Shown here piece by piece: positions 27,900 to 37,963 of a stretch of 59,676 nucleotides of DNA (its first letter is position 1; each line of letters opens with the position of its first letter). A program made the position numbers and the translations under genes. The notes beneath the pieces are model-generated. The model worked only from the letters and a program-made list of their open reading frames with translations. It was not told the DNA's origin and ran no database searches. The stretch is from an uncultured bacterium (lineage in GTDB: Bacteria > Bacteroidota > Bacteroidia > Chitinophagales > Chitinophagaceae). The stretch lies in the NCBI GenBank assembly GCA_963923775.1, contig CAWULX010000001.1:1-59676 (forward strand). Direction: 5' to 3'.

Positions 27900-29701
27900 T
27901 TGGCTTCTTTTGCAAAAGCCTCCATTAATATCTTAGTTTTTTGAGCGCCAATTAATTCTGTCAATAGCGCAGGACTAGCTTTTTTTACTTTATTGGCAGA
28001 TTTAAAATATTGAAGCAACAATTCTTTTGTTTTAGGTCCAATACCTGCAATCTCATCTAAACCAGTTTCTAGGGCTCCTTTAGAGCGTTTGCTTCTATGA
28101 AATTGAATACCAAAGCGGTGCACTTCGTCTCTGATATTTCTGATTAATTTATGTGCTTCACTATTCCAATTTAGTAAAATAGAATTAGTATCTCCAACAA
28201 AGAATAACTCTTCAATATTTTTTGCCAAGCCAACCATAGTTACTTTGTCTTGAATACCTAATTCTGTTAGCGCTTCCAATGCTGCATTAAGTTGACCCTT
28301 ACCGCCATCTATAATAATTAATTGAGGAAATGCTTGTTTTTTGGAAAGTACTGAATGGTATCTTCTATATACCGATTCTTTCATACTTGCAAAGTCGTTA
28401 ATACCAACTACTGTTTTGATATTAAATTTTCTATAATCAGATTTACTTGGCACCCCGTTCTTAAAACAAACCATTGCAGATACTGGGTATGCCCCTTGAA
28501 AATTGGAGTTATCGAAACACTCAATATGTGTAGGTACATGAGAAAGATGTAATACTTCTTTCATCTCTTCTAACACTGAATTTGAACTAATATCTGAAAC
28601 TAACAATAATGATTGTTTATGCTTCCATTCTTTTAAAGCGTAGTCTGCATTTTTCTGAGACAATGATAATAATTGTTCTTTCTCTCCAACTTTGGGAATA
28701 GTGTATTTAACAGAGGGAATAATATCGTCTGGTTCAAATGGCACTATAATTTCTGAAGCGGTAGATCCAAGATTGGTTCTAAAATAATGAATGGCAAAGG
28801 ATAAAACTGTTTCTTTGGATTCTTCTAGAGGAATAGATAAAGGCAACATATGCGTTTGTACAATTCTACCTTCTTGAACCATTAAGTAATTCACATAAGC
28901 TTGATCTTCAAAATGAGCAATACTAAACACATCCATAGCATGTTGTTGCTTAATGTACACCACAGATTTTGTTTGGTATTGTTCTAGTTCTTCAATTTTC
29001 TTTTTTGTAATGGCAGCTTTTTCAAAAGCCAATGCACCTGCTTGCTCATTCATTTCTTTGTTCAAATGTGCAATTAAAGGTTTTACATTTCCTTTGAGTA
29101 AATGAGTAACCTGATCGATCAATTTTTCATAATCTTCTTCTGTTTGTAATCCTTGACAAGGTCCTTTGCAATTACCTAAATGGTATTCTAAGCAAACTTT
29201 AAATTTTCCTTTATTAATATTTTTTGGATGAAGGGGTAGGGTGCATGTTCTTAATGGAATACTTTCTTTGATATGATTAATCAATTCTCTTACTGCAAAC
29301 ACATGCGTATAAGGTCCAAAATAAGTAGAGCCATCTTTAATTTTTCGTCTAGTCAAAAATACTCTTGGGAAAGCTTCGTTTTTAATAACAATATAAGGAT
29401 AAGTTTTATCGTCTTTTAAATTGATATTATACTTGGGTTGGTAGTTTTTGATGAGTTCGTTTTCTAAAATAAAAGCATCATGTTCAGAGTTTACAATAGT
29501 GAATTGTATGTCTTTAATTTTCTGAACTAGTTCAATGGTCTTTAAACTATGCTGATTAGAATTAAAATACGAGCTAACCCTGTTTCTAATATTTTTAGCC
29601 TTTCCCACATATAAAAGTTTGCCTTTTTCATCAAAATATTGATAAATTCCAGGTTCTTGAGGTAGGCTGGCCTGTATTTTCTTGAAAATTTCTCTTTCCA
29701 T
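27896..29701 (-). CDS. uvrC: Excinuclease ABC subunit C
   Basis: GIY-YIG (PGIYQY..LYVGKAKN), HIECFDNS, IDGGKGQL, RDEVHRF, HhH (GIGPK). Confidence 0.97.
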   Translation of the reverse strand: MEREIFKKIQASLPQEPGIYQYFDEKGKLLYVGKAKNIRNRVSSYFNSNQHSLKTIELVQKIKDIQFTIVNSEHDAFILENELIKNYQPKYNINLKDDKTYPYIVIKNEAFPRVFLTRRKIKDGSTYFGPYTHVFAVRELINHIKESIPLRTCTLPLHPKNINKGKFKVCLEYHLGNCKGPCQGLQTEEDYEKLIDQVTHLLKGNVKPLIAHLNKEMNEQAGALAFEKAAITKKKIEELEQYQTKSVVYIKQQHAMDVFSIAHFEDQAYVNYLMVQEGRIVQTHMLPLSIPLEESKETVLSFAIHYFRTNLGSTASEIIVPFEPDDIIPSVKYTIPKVGEKEQLLSLSQKNADYALKEWKHKQSLLLVSDISSNSVLEEMKEVLHLSHVPTHIECFDNSNFQGAYPVSAMVCFKNGVPSKSDYRKFNIKTVVGINDFASMKESVYRRYHSVLSKKQAFPQLIIIDGGKGQLNAALEALTELGIQDKVTMVGLAKNIEELFFVGDTNSILLNWNSEAHKLIRNIRDEVHRFGIQFHRSKRSKGALETGLDEIAGIGPKTKELLLQYFKSANKVKKASPALLTELIGAQKTKILMEAFAKEAN

Positions 29702-29712
29702 GTGAGTAAGGG

Positions 29713-29733
29713 CAAAAATATGAAGTATTTTTG
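29713..29733. promoter_or_regulatory. Back-to-back Bacteroidota -7 promoter elements (bidirectional promoter)
   Basis: CAAAAATA-TGAAG-TATTTTTG gives TATTTTTG on each strand within the 36-bp gap between the divergent uvrC and DUF2721 starts. Confidence 0.6.
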
Positions 29734-29737
29734 GGGT

Positions 29738-30181
29738 ATGGAATTATCTGTTAATATACCTGCCCTTTTATTTCCAGCAATTAGTTTGATTATGCTGGCA
29801 TATACCAATCGTTTCTTGGCATTGTCCAATAGAGTGAGGGTTTTGCATGACAAGTACAACCAATTGGAACAAAGGCATATCATCTTTGGTCAAATAAAGA
29901 ATATAAAATATAGAATCAAATTAATTCAAAATATGCAATCATTTGGAGTGGCTTCTTTGTTATTGTCTATTGTATCTATGTTCTTTATTTATATTCAATA
30001 TCAACTAGTAGCTCAATTTGTCTTTGGTATTAGTCTGGTTACTTTTTGCATCTCTATCACTATTTCTTTAATTGAAATACGATTAAGCACAAAAGCCATA
30101 GAGCTCGAATTAAGCGATATGGAAGGTTTGGAAGACCCTTCTGTAATGGAATACCTGAAGAAAAAATTTGAAAGAGAGTAA
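29738..30181 (+). CDS. DUF2721-like membrane protein
   Basis: PALLFPAISLIMLAYTNRFL N-terminal signature; start taken at ATG 29738. Confidence 0.75.
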   Translation: MELSVNIPALLFPAISLIMLAYTNRFLALSNRVRVLHDKYNQLEQRHIIFGQIKNIKYRIKLIQNMQSFGVASLLLSIVSMFFIYIQYQLVAQFVFGISLVTFCISITISLIEIRLSTKAIELELSDMEGLEDPSVMEYLKKKFERE

Positions 30182-30182
30182 G

Positions 30183-31949
30183 CTAGTTAGATTTTCTTTC
30201 ACCTATTTGTTGTCTCCACATTGCATAATATAGTCCTTTTTCTTCCAATAAACTTTGATGGTTGCCTTCTTCAATGACTTTTCCTTTTTCCAAGACATAA
30301 ATTCTATTAGCATGAATAATGGTGCTCAATCTATGTGCAATCATTATGGTAATTTGTTCTCTCTCGGCTGAAAGCTCTCTTATAGTATCGGTGATAGATT
30401 CTTCCGTTAAACTATCTAAACTAGAAGTGGCTTCATCAAAAATCAATAAATGTGGATGTCTTAATAAAGCTCTAGCAATAGATAATCTTTGTTTTTCTCC
30501 ACCAGATAATTTCAGTCCTCCTTCACCAATAACTGTATCTAATCCATTTCCCCCCTTATCTAAAATATTGGTACAACTAGCTTTGGTTAAGGCTTCTAAC
30601 ATTGCTTCATCTTTCGCTTCGGGAGCAACAAAGGCTAGGTTTTCTCTGATAGTGCCTGCAAATAATTGCGTGTCTTGGGTAACGAAACTGATTTGATTTC
30701 TCAATCCATTCATATCAATATTCCTAGTATCGGTGCCATTCACTAAAATAGCGCCTTCTTGATTGCTGTATAAGCCTACTAATAATTTTACCAAGGTGCT
30801 CTTGCCTGCTCCAGACGGGCCCACAAATGCTACAGTTTCTCCTTTTTTAGCAACAAAATTAATGTTGTCGATAGCTTTAAAATTAGCTGTTTGATGTTGA
30901 AAGCCTACATTTTCAAAAGCTAATTGCACAATATCGCCAACATTAGTTGGGTTACTAGGTGTTTGCTCTGTTGGCTTATTCATTAAGTTTTCAAAATTTT
31001 GCAATGATGCTTCAGTCTCTCTGTAGCTCATGATAATACTTCCAATTTCTTGCAATGGGCCAAAAATAAAGAAGCTATAAAACTGTAAAGAAATTAATTG
31101 TCCTACAGTTAAGATCTCTTTAAAAATTAACCACATTAATGTGAAAGTGATTACTTGTCTAAGTGCATTCACCATGGTTCCTTGGATAAAACTCAAAGAG
31201 CGAATATTCTTTACCTTCTTTAATTCTAGTGCAAGAATTTTATAGGTATTGTTATTCAATCTATTTATTTCTTGTGTGGTTAGGCCTAAGCTTTTCACCA
31301 ATTCAATATTTCTCAAACTTTCTGTAGTAGTACCCGCTAGGGTAGTGGTTTCTTTGACAATATTTTTTTGAATAGATTTAATTTTCTTACTTAATAAGTT
31401 GGTTACATAGGCAATCATGCTTGCGCCACCGATATAGATAGGTATAATGGACCAATGCAATCTTGTAGCATAGATGCTTACAAAAATTACACTTACTATG
31501 ATACCAAACAAAACATTTACTACATAACTAATGAATTTTTCACAATCAGTTCTTGCCTTGGTTAAAATTGACAAGGTTTCTCCACTTCTTTGGTCTTCAA
31601 ATGCTTGATAAGGCAATTGCATGGAATGTTTTAATCCATCCGTAAATAAAGCGGCACCAAATTTTTGAATGATAACATTCACTACATAATCTTGAAATGC
31701 TTTAGCAATTCTACTTACCATGGCAGTGCCCACTAATAACAATAACATGTTTGCAACGCCCATTAAAAAAGCTGATTCGTCTCTAGTATGTCCATTCACA
31801 TCAGTAAAAGGACTTTTTGCAAATTGATCAATTAATTTACCAAATATCATTGGATCAAATAAAGAGAAGGTTTGGTTAATAGCCGCTAAAACAAAAGCCA
31901 ATAAAACTAGGGACCTATAAGGGCGGATATATTTAAAAAGTATTTTCAT
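30183..31949 (-). CDS. ABC transporter, fused permease/ATPase (MsbA-like exporter)
   Basis: TM domain plus GPSGAGKS, LSGGEKQR, LLIFDEATS, IAHRL. Confidence 0.93.
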   Translation of the reverse strand: MKILFKYIRPYRSLVLLAFVLAAINQTFSLFDPMIFGKLIDQFAKSPFTDVNGHTRDESAFLMGVANMLLLLVGTAMVSRIAKAFQDYVVNVIIQKFGAALFTDGLKHSMQLPYQAFEDQRSGETLSILTKARTDCEKFISYVVNVLFGIIVSVIFVSIYATRLHWSIIPIYIGGASMIAYVTNLLSKKIKSIQKNIVKETTTLAGTTTESLRNIELVKSLGLTTQEINRLNNNTYKILALELKKVKNIRSLSFIQGTMVNALRQVITFTLMWLIFKEILTVGQLISLQFYSFFIFGPLQEIGSIIMSYRETEASLQNFENLMNKPTEQTPSNPTNVGDIVQLAFENVGFQHQTANFKAIDNINFVAKKGETVAFVGPSGAGKSTLVKLLVGLYSNQEGAILVNGTDTRNIDMNGLRNQISFVTQDTQLFAGTIRENLAFVAPEAKDEAMLEALTKASCTNILDKGGNGLDTVIGEGGLKLSGGEKQRLSIARALLRHPHLLIFDEATSSLDSLTEESITDTIRELSAEREQITIMIAHRLSTIIHANRIYVLEKGKVIEEGNHQSLLEEKGLYYAMWRQQIGERKSN

Positions 31950-31979
31950 AATGAGTTTTTAATGATAATGCTTTTTGCA

Positions 31980-32624
31980 TTATTTATTATCTATGTTGTC
32001 TTTATATAGTTGATTATATCTATCCAAGCATGCAATTACATCTGTAACCCCTTCTTTTTTCTCAGCACTTGTTACAAAGGCTTCTGGCAAAAATGGAAAA
32101 TGTTCTTTAAGTGTATCCATCATGGCTTTTACATTTCTTTCCACTACTCCTGGTTTTTCTTTATCAGATTTTGTGAAGATTAATGTAATAGGGATTTCCC
32201 ATTGGTACATTTGTTCAATAAATTCTAAGTCTATTTTTTGCGGTGCATGTCTACTATCTATTAAAACAAATACCCTAAATAAGTTGGGTCTTTTTCTTAA
32301 ATAGTTTTCAATCATTTGCTCCCATCTTCTTCTACTACTTTGAGAAACCTTGGCAAAGCCGTAACCAGGCAAATCCACTATGTACCATTTGTCTGATGGA
32401 CCTTTCACGCCACTATTGCTAATGACTTCAAAGTGATTGATTAATTGTGTTTTACCGGGAGTGCCAGAGGTTTTAGCCAAGTTTTTTTGTTGCACAATGG
32501 CATTGATAATAGAGGATTTCCCCACATTACTTCTACCAATGAATGCATATTCTGGAGCATTTAACTTTGGACAAAGGTCAAAACTTGGACTGGATATTAA
32601 ATAGGTTGCTTTAGTTATTTTCAT
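31980..32624 (-). CDS. engB: Ribosome biogenesis GTPase EngB/YihA/YsxC
   Basis: GRSNVGKSS, TPGKTQ, DLPGYG, TKSDK. Confidence 0.95.
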   Translation of the reverse strand: MKITKATYLISSPSFDLCPKLNAPEYAFIGRSNVGKSSIINAIVQQKNLAKTSGTPGKTQLINHFEVISNSGVKGPSDKWYIVDLPGYGFAKVSQSSRRRWEQMIENYLRKRPNLFRVFVLIDSRHAPQKIDLEFIEQMYQWEIPITLIFTKSDKEKPGVVERNVKAMMDTLKEHFPFLPEAFVTSAEKKEGVTDVIACLDRYNQLYKDNIDNK

Positions 32625-32638
32625 GTAATGCTAGTACT

Positions 32639-34156
32639 TTAAATGAGTACTTCTCCTGTCATTTCTTTTGGTATAGCAATATCCATCATTTTTAAGATAC
32701 TAGGTGCAATATCTCCTAATTTACCTGGCTTAACTTTGCCTTTCCATTCTTTATCAATTACAAATAAAGGGACTAAGTTAAGTGTATGGGCGGTATTTGG
32801 ACTGCCGTCATCATTCATCATGTAATCTGCATTACCATGATCAGCTGTTAAGAAAATGGTGTAACCATTTGCCAAACCAGCGGTAACAATTTTTTCTACA
32901 CAGCTATCTACTGCTTCAACTGCTTTAATAACAGCGCTAAAGATTCCAGTATGACCCACCATGTCTGCATTGGCATAGTTCAAACAAATAAAATCTGCAT
33001 TACCTGCGTTAATTTCAGGCAATAATTTCTCTGTTAATTCTGCTGCACTCATTTCTGGTTGCAAGTCATAGGTAGCTACTTTTGGAGAGGCTGCCATTAT
33101 TCTTGATTCTCCTTCGAAAGGCACTTCTCTGCCTCCGCTAAAGAAAAAAGTTACGTGAGGATATTTTTCAGTTTCAGCAATTCTAATTTGTTTTTTGTGA
33201 TTAGCTGCCAATACTTCTCCTAAAGTATTCACTAAATTATCGTTCTCGAAAATCACATGAACATTTTGGAAGGTTTCATCATATTTAGTGATGGTTGTAT
33301 AGTGCAATGCTAATTTTTTCATATTAAACTCATGAAAATCTTTCTGAGTTAATACTTCTGTAATTTCTCTACAACGATCTGTTCTAAAATTGAAACACAA
33401 TACTGCGTCACCTTCTTCGATGGTCGCAATTGGAGAACCATTCTCGACTATTACAGTGGGCTTAATAAATTCATCTGTAATATCTTTTGCATAATTGGCT
33501 TCTATGGCTGCAGTGGCAGAACTGGCAGTTTCACCAATGCCATTCACTAATGCATCGTATGCTAATTGCACTCTTTCCCAACGCTTGTCTCTGTCCATTG
33601 CATAGTATCTTCCACTTATGGTTGCAATTTTACCAACTGAGCCTACTAATGCTTTTTCTACATCAGTTACATAAGCAAGTCCACTTTTTGGATCGGTATC
33701 TCTGCCATCTGTAAAAGCATGGATAAATACTTTTTCTAAACCTTCAGACTTACAAATTGCACATATGGCTTTTAAATGACTAGTGTGGGCGTGTACACCA
33801 CCATCACTTACTAATCCCAATAAGTGTAATGGCTTATTATTTTCTTTTGCATATTTGATAGAAGACAATAAAGTTGGATTGGAAGCTAGTTCGCCATCTC
33901 TTATTGCAACATTTATTCTTTGTAATTCTTGGTATACAATTCTACCTGCACCCAAATTTAAATGACCTACCTCGCTATTGCCCATTTGACCATCAGGCAA
34001 ACCCACTTGCTCTCCACAAGTAACTAATGTACTATGAGGGTATTTATTATATAAACTAGATACAAAAGGTACTTTTGCATTTTGTATTGCGTCTGCTTTT
34101 GCTACTTGACCCAATCCCCAGCCATCCATAATGACTAATATTACTTTTTTCGACAT
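32639..34156 (-). CDS. gpmI: 2,3-bisphosphoglycerate-independent phosphoglycerate mutase
   Basis: MDGWG, MGNSEVGH, GRYYAMDRD, AETEKYPHVT, DMVGHTG, TADHGN; start at ATG 34156. Confidence 0.96.
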   Translation of the reverse strand: MSKKVILVIMDGWGLGQVAKADAIQNAKVPFVSSLYNKYPHSTLVTCGEQVGLPDGQMGNSEVGHLNLGAGRIVYQELQRINVAIRDGELASNPTLLSSIKYAKENNKPLHLLGLVSDGGVHAHTSHLKAICAICKSEGLEKVFIHAFTDGRDTDPKSGLAYVTDVEKALVGSVGKIATISGRYYAMDRDKRWERVQLAYDALVNGIGETASSATAAIEANYAKDITDEFIKPTVIVENGSPIATIEEGDAVLCFNFRTDRCREITEVLTQKDFHEFNMKKLALHYTTITKYDETFQNVHVIFENDNLVNTLGEVLAANHKKQIRIAETEKYPHVTFFFSGGREVPFEGESRIMAASPKVATYDLQPEMSAAELTEKLLPEINAGNADFICLNYANADMVGHTGIFSAVIKAVEAVDSCVEKIVTAGLANGYTIFLTADHGNADYMMNDDGSPNTAHTLNLVPLFVIDKEWKGKVKPGKLGDIAPSILKMMDIAIPKEMTGEVLI

Positions 34157-34233
34157 AAAATCTTTAATTTGTACCTCAAAGGTCCAAAAGAGTGAGCACA
34201 TTTCAAACTTTAAGCCATTATAATACCCATAAA

Positions 34234-34623
34234 ATGCAGCTATTTCGTAAATACCTACTAATAATTAGTTTTTTGTTTTCATTTAGCAGCCTTTTTGCGC
34301 AAAATGACACCGAAAACTTGGTACAAATATTGCAAACTGCCAGTTTTAATAATTTATTGCCTTATTGGGGACAGCAAGTAGAAGTGAATATTATTCAACA
34401 AATTAATCAAAAGCAATTTAATGCTACTGCTGCCAATGAGCAACTCCAGACATTTTTTAATAAGCAGAATATTATTGGTTTTGAGAAAACTGCAGAAAGA
34501 AAATTGGGTAATACAATTTATGTTACTGGAAAGCTTTTATCTTCTCAAAATAAATATAGTCTCACTTTATTATTAGAAGTCAATAAGAAAGGATTTGAAA
34601 TTGTTAGTGTCAGAATAAGTTAA
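34234..34623 (+). CDS. Secreted hypothetical protein (DUF4783-like)
   Basis: Signal peptide ending SLFA-Q; small alpha/beta domain divergent from gpmI. Family call is tentative. Confidence 0.55.
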   Translation: MQLFRKYLLIISFLFSFSSLFAQNDTENLVQILQTASFNNLLPYWGQQVEVNIIQQINQKQFNATAANEQLQTFFNKQNIIGFEKTAERKLGNTIYVTGKLLSSQNKYSLTLLLEVNKKGFEIVSVRIS

Positions 34624-34627
34624 ATTC

Positions 34628-34969
34628 ATGAGTAAGAAAAACAAAGGGGAAGCTAGTCCTATGGTTTATAGCACAGACCCTAATTTTAAAATTGAAGTGG
34701 AGGAAGAAAATATTGAAACCCTTTCGCCAGCTAATCAACTACTAAGAGTTATTTTGGAAACCAAACACAGGGCAGGTAAAACTGTTACCATTGTATATGG
34801 GTTTGTGGGTAAAGAAGAAGACATGAATGATTTAGGGAAAGCTTTAAAAAATCATTGCGGTACCGGGGGCTCAGTAAAAGAGGGTGAGATTATTATTCAA
34901 GGAGATCACCGACAAAAAGTACTTCAGTATTTACAAAAAGCCGGCTATAAAAAAGTAAAATTGAATTAG
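34628..34969 (+). CDS. Translation initiation factor SUI1/YciH family
   Basis: MVYSTDP, HRAGKTVT, LKNHCGTGGSVK, IQGDHR. Confidence 0.92.
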   Translation: MSKKNKGEASPMVYSTDPNFKIEVEEENIETLSPANQLLRVILETKHRAGKTVTIVYGFVGKEEDMNDLGKALKNHCGTGGSVKEGEIIIQGDHRQKVLQYLQKAGYKKVKLN

Positions 34970-36750
34970 AAATATATTTCTAAATTTAATCGATCTTTTA
35001 ATTCTTTCACAAGTGGATATTGCTCAGCAATTCTTTCAAATTTTTGTTTGCTATTTAATCTTAAATGCAAAGGCACATCTTCTTTTTCGCCTGCAGCTAC
35101 AAGTATGCTAAATTGAATGGCTCTGTTTTGAAAACGATCCCAAATTTTTTCCATTACACTCATTCTTTCCTGCTCTACAAATTTTTGAGCTACTAATGCA
35201 GGCACAGTTACAGTAAAATGAATAGGGTCTTCAATTTGTAATTCGGCTAATTTGAAAGTACCCGCTGAAGAGTGCTTTGTAGTGGTTTCCAAGTAGGTAG
35301 TGTATTCATTCCAAACAGCTTGTAGTGTTTCCATATCCAAAGATTTGGATTCTTTTACTTCCTCAATTTGGTATTGACTTCCGTATTTTTCTTGAAGCGC
35401 AGCTAATAAGTTCTTCTTATTCCCATTTTGATCTACTGGAATATTGGCAACTGTTGATGGGGCTTTTGATGCAGTTACTTTTGTAATGGGCTCTTCTTTT
35501 TCAACAGGGATATTAACTGCAGACTCGATTTCTAATTTTGCTTCCTTATTAACAACAATATTACTTAAAGGAATAATTTTCTTGGTCTTTATAGGGTAGT
35601 GTACGTCAACTAGTTTTTTTTTTACTAGTTGGTCATCTTCCATACTTAATGATAATGCTTGTTGTAAAAAGTTTAATTTGATTAAAGCTAATTCAACATG
35701 TAATCTTTTATTTCTAGCCATTTTAAATTGAATCTCAGACTCATTTAAAATATTTAAGGCACTTACTAAATAAGATGTATTTACTTTTTGAGCAGTACTT
35801 AGGTATTGATCTCTCCAGCCTTCAATGGATTCTAATAAATGTGCACTTGCTTTATCCTTACAAACCAATAAGTTTCTAATAAATCCGGCAAATCCATACA
35901 GTACGGTATCGCCTTCAAAACCTTTCAGATTAATTTCATCATATAATAACATCGCATTGGTTAAATCCTGCGCTGTTAAATAATCCAATAATTTAAAGAA
36001 GTATGCTTCGTCTAAAATATTCAGATGCTCTAAGGTATTGGTATAAGTCAATGAGCCATTGGAGAAACTTACAATTTTATCTAAAATACTTAAAGCATCA
36101 CGCATGCAACCCTCGCTTTTTTGAGCGATTAATTGTAGAGCATTTTTTTCTGCTTTAATATGTTCTTTTTCTACAATTTCTTCTAAGTGAACCACTGTGT
36201 CATTATTCGTTATTCTTTTAAAATCAAAAATTTGACATCTACTTAAAATTGTAGGTAGAATTTTATGTTTTTCTGTGGTAGCTAAAATAAATATAGCATA
36301 TGGCGGTGGCTCTTCTAATGTCTTTAAAAAAGCATTGAAGGCACTTGCACTTAGCATGTGTACCTCATCCACAATATATACTTTGTATTTGCCTGCTTGA
36401 GGAGCAAATCTTACTTGCTCTACAAGTGCTCTTATATCATCCACAGAGTTATTACTAGCTGCATCTAACTCGTGAATATTCATACTTGCACCTTTTTCAA
36501 AAGAAACACAACTTTCACAGGTATTGCAAGCTTCTCCTTCCTTGGTTATTTGAGTGCAGTTTATGGTTTTGGCTAATATTCTTGCACAAGTAGTTTTTCC
36601 AACACCTCTTGGACCACAAAATAAAAAAGCGTGAGCTAAATGATTATGTAGAATTGCATTTTTTAAAGTAGTGGTAATATGAGACTGTCCCACCACTGTA
36701 TTAAAGTTTTGGGGCCTATATTTTCTAGCTGATACTACAAAGTTTTCCAT
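34966..36750 (-). CDS. dnaX: DNA polymerase III subunit tau/gamma
   Basis: ARKYRPQ, GPRGVGKTT, Cys cluster, ELDAASN, DEVHML, KTLEEPP, SRCQ; A10 run after codon 375. Confidence 0.97.
   Translation of the reverse strand: MENFVVSARKYRPQNFNTVVGQSHITTTLKNAILHNHLAHAFLFCGPRGVGKTTCARILAKTINCTQITKEGEACNTCESCVSFEKGASMNIHELDAASNNSVDDIRALVEQVRFAPQAGKYKVYIVDEVHMLSASAFNAFLKTLEEPPPYAIFILATTEKHKILPTILSRCQIFDFKRITNNDTVVHLEEIVEKEHIKAEKNALQLIAQKSEGCMRDALSILDKIVSFSNGSLTYTNTLEHLNILDEAYFFKLLDYLTAQDLTNAMLLYDEINLKGFEGDTVLYGFAGFIRNLLVCKDKASAHLLESIEGWRDQYLSTAQKVNTSYLVSALNILNESEIQFKMARNKRLHVELALIKLNFLQQALSLSMEDDQLVKKKLVDVHYPIKTKKIIPLSNIVVNKEAKLEIESAVNIPVEKEEPITKVTASKAPSTVANIPVDQNGNKKNLLAALQEKYGSQYQIEEVKESKSLDMETLQAVWNEYTTYLETTTKHSSAGTFKLAELQIEDPIHFTVTVPALVAQKFVEQERMSVMEKIWDRFQNRAIQFSILVAAGEKEDVPLHLRLNSKQKFERIAEQYPLVKELKDRLNLEIYF
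35607..35631 (-). other. Putative slippage/frameshift site in dnaX (A10 in the loop of an 8-bp inverted repeat)
   Basis: Coding strand CAA CTA GTA AAA AAA AAA CTA GTT GAC; with A9 it reads AAC TAG, with A11 it reads ACT AGT TGA. Confidence 0.7.
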
Positions 36751-36771
36751 ATTGGACGCACAATATACTAA

Positions 36772-37953
36772 TTATTTGGCACTGTAGTCCATTTCTGGAT
36801 GGCGCTCAAATGAGTGTTGATTTTCATTAAAAATATACCTGTAAGTTACCATTTGTCTGCTTGGTTGCGCTCCTAAACTTTTATAAATATTCACCATCTT
36901 CGGATTCCAATCTGCGGCCCAACCCATCTCGTATTGATGATAAGACTTGATTTTGTATAATAATAAAGCACTTGAATAAATTAAGAAGCTATCCACTCCT
37001 AAAGATTGGTATTTAGGAACAACACCAAAAGCCAATCCTGTCAATCTAGTATTTTGTTTTCTCCACTTCATCCAAAGTAAGTGTAGTTTTTGTTTTAATC
37101 CTAATTGGCCATCAAAGTATTTAAAATACTGATTTACATCTGGAATATTAATAAACATAGCAATGGGTTCTTCTTTGTAGTAGGCAAACCAAATCACCCT
37201 TTCATCCATAATGGGACTTAAGGTTTTAAATAATTTCATGATTTGATCTAAGGAAATAGCTTTTGCTTCTCCATGTTGCGCCCATGCTTCATTGTAAATG
37301 GTTACAAAATCTTGCGCATATTTTTCTAAATGCTTTTTATTCAAATGTCTTGCTTGATAATCTGGCTTGGCATTGAATTTTTCGTATCGCTCTTTAAACC
37401 TTGGAGGTAATTCGTCGAATATATTAAGTCGGTAATAATATTGGTTATAATAGTTTTTGAAGCCATAATTTTCTAAAAGGGATTGATAGTAGGAAGGATT
37501 AAAAGACATGCCATACATGGGCTCTTTATCAAAACCATCAATCATCAGTCCCCACCATTTATCTCTATCACCAAAATTAATTGGACCATCCATGGCTTCC
37601 ATGCCATTTTCAACTAACCATGTTTTGGCAGTATCCAATAACAATGATGCGGCAGACAAATCATTAATACAATCAAAAAAGCCTACACATCCGGTAGGGT
37701 AGTCGGTCCCTTTGTTTTTATATTTTGAATAATAGAAAGCCGCAACTCTTCCTATGAACTTTCCATCCTCTGATTGCAATAACCATCTTTGAGCATCCCC
37801 CTCTTTGAACAATTTATTTTTAGACGGATTGAAGACCTGTAAAACTTCGTTATCTAAAGGTCTAATATAATTAGGGTTGAATTTGTTCAAGTCTGCATTT
37901 ACTTGACAAAAAGCTTTTTCTAATCTTGGGTTATTGACTTCAACAATTCTCAT
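36772..37953 (-). CDS. Hypothetical protein, GNAT-fold/YghO-like
   Basis: IGRVAAF, VGFFDC, MDGPINFGDRDKWWG, FGVVPKYQ.LGV, W..DWNPKM pattern. Confidence 0.65.
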   Translation of the reverse strand: MRIVEVNNPRLEKAFCQVNADLNKFNPNYIRPLDNEVLQVFNPSKNKLFKEGDAQRWLLQSEDGKFIGRVAAFYYSKYKNKGTDYPTGCVGFFDCINDLSAASLLLDTAKTWLVENGMEAMDGPINFGDRDKWWGLMIDGFDKEPMYGMSFNPSYYQSLLENYGFKNYYNQYYYRLNIFDELPPRFKERYEKFNAKPDYQARHLNKKHLEKYAQDFVTIYNEAWAQHGEAKAISLDQIMKLFKTLSPIMDERVIWFAYYKEEPIAMFINIPDVNQYFKYFDGQLGLKQKLHLLWMKWRKQNTRLTGLAFGVVPKYQSLGVDSFLIYSSALLLYKIKSYHQYEMGWAADWNPKMVNIYKSLGAQPSRQMVTYRYIFNENQHSFERHPEMDYSAK

Positions 37954-37963
37954 AATAACAAAG

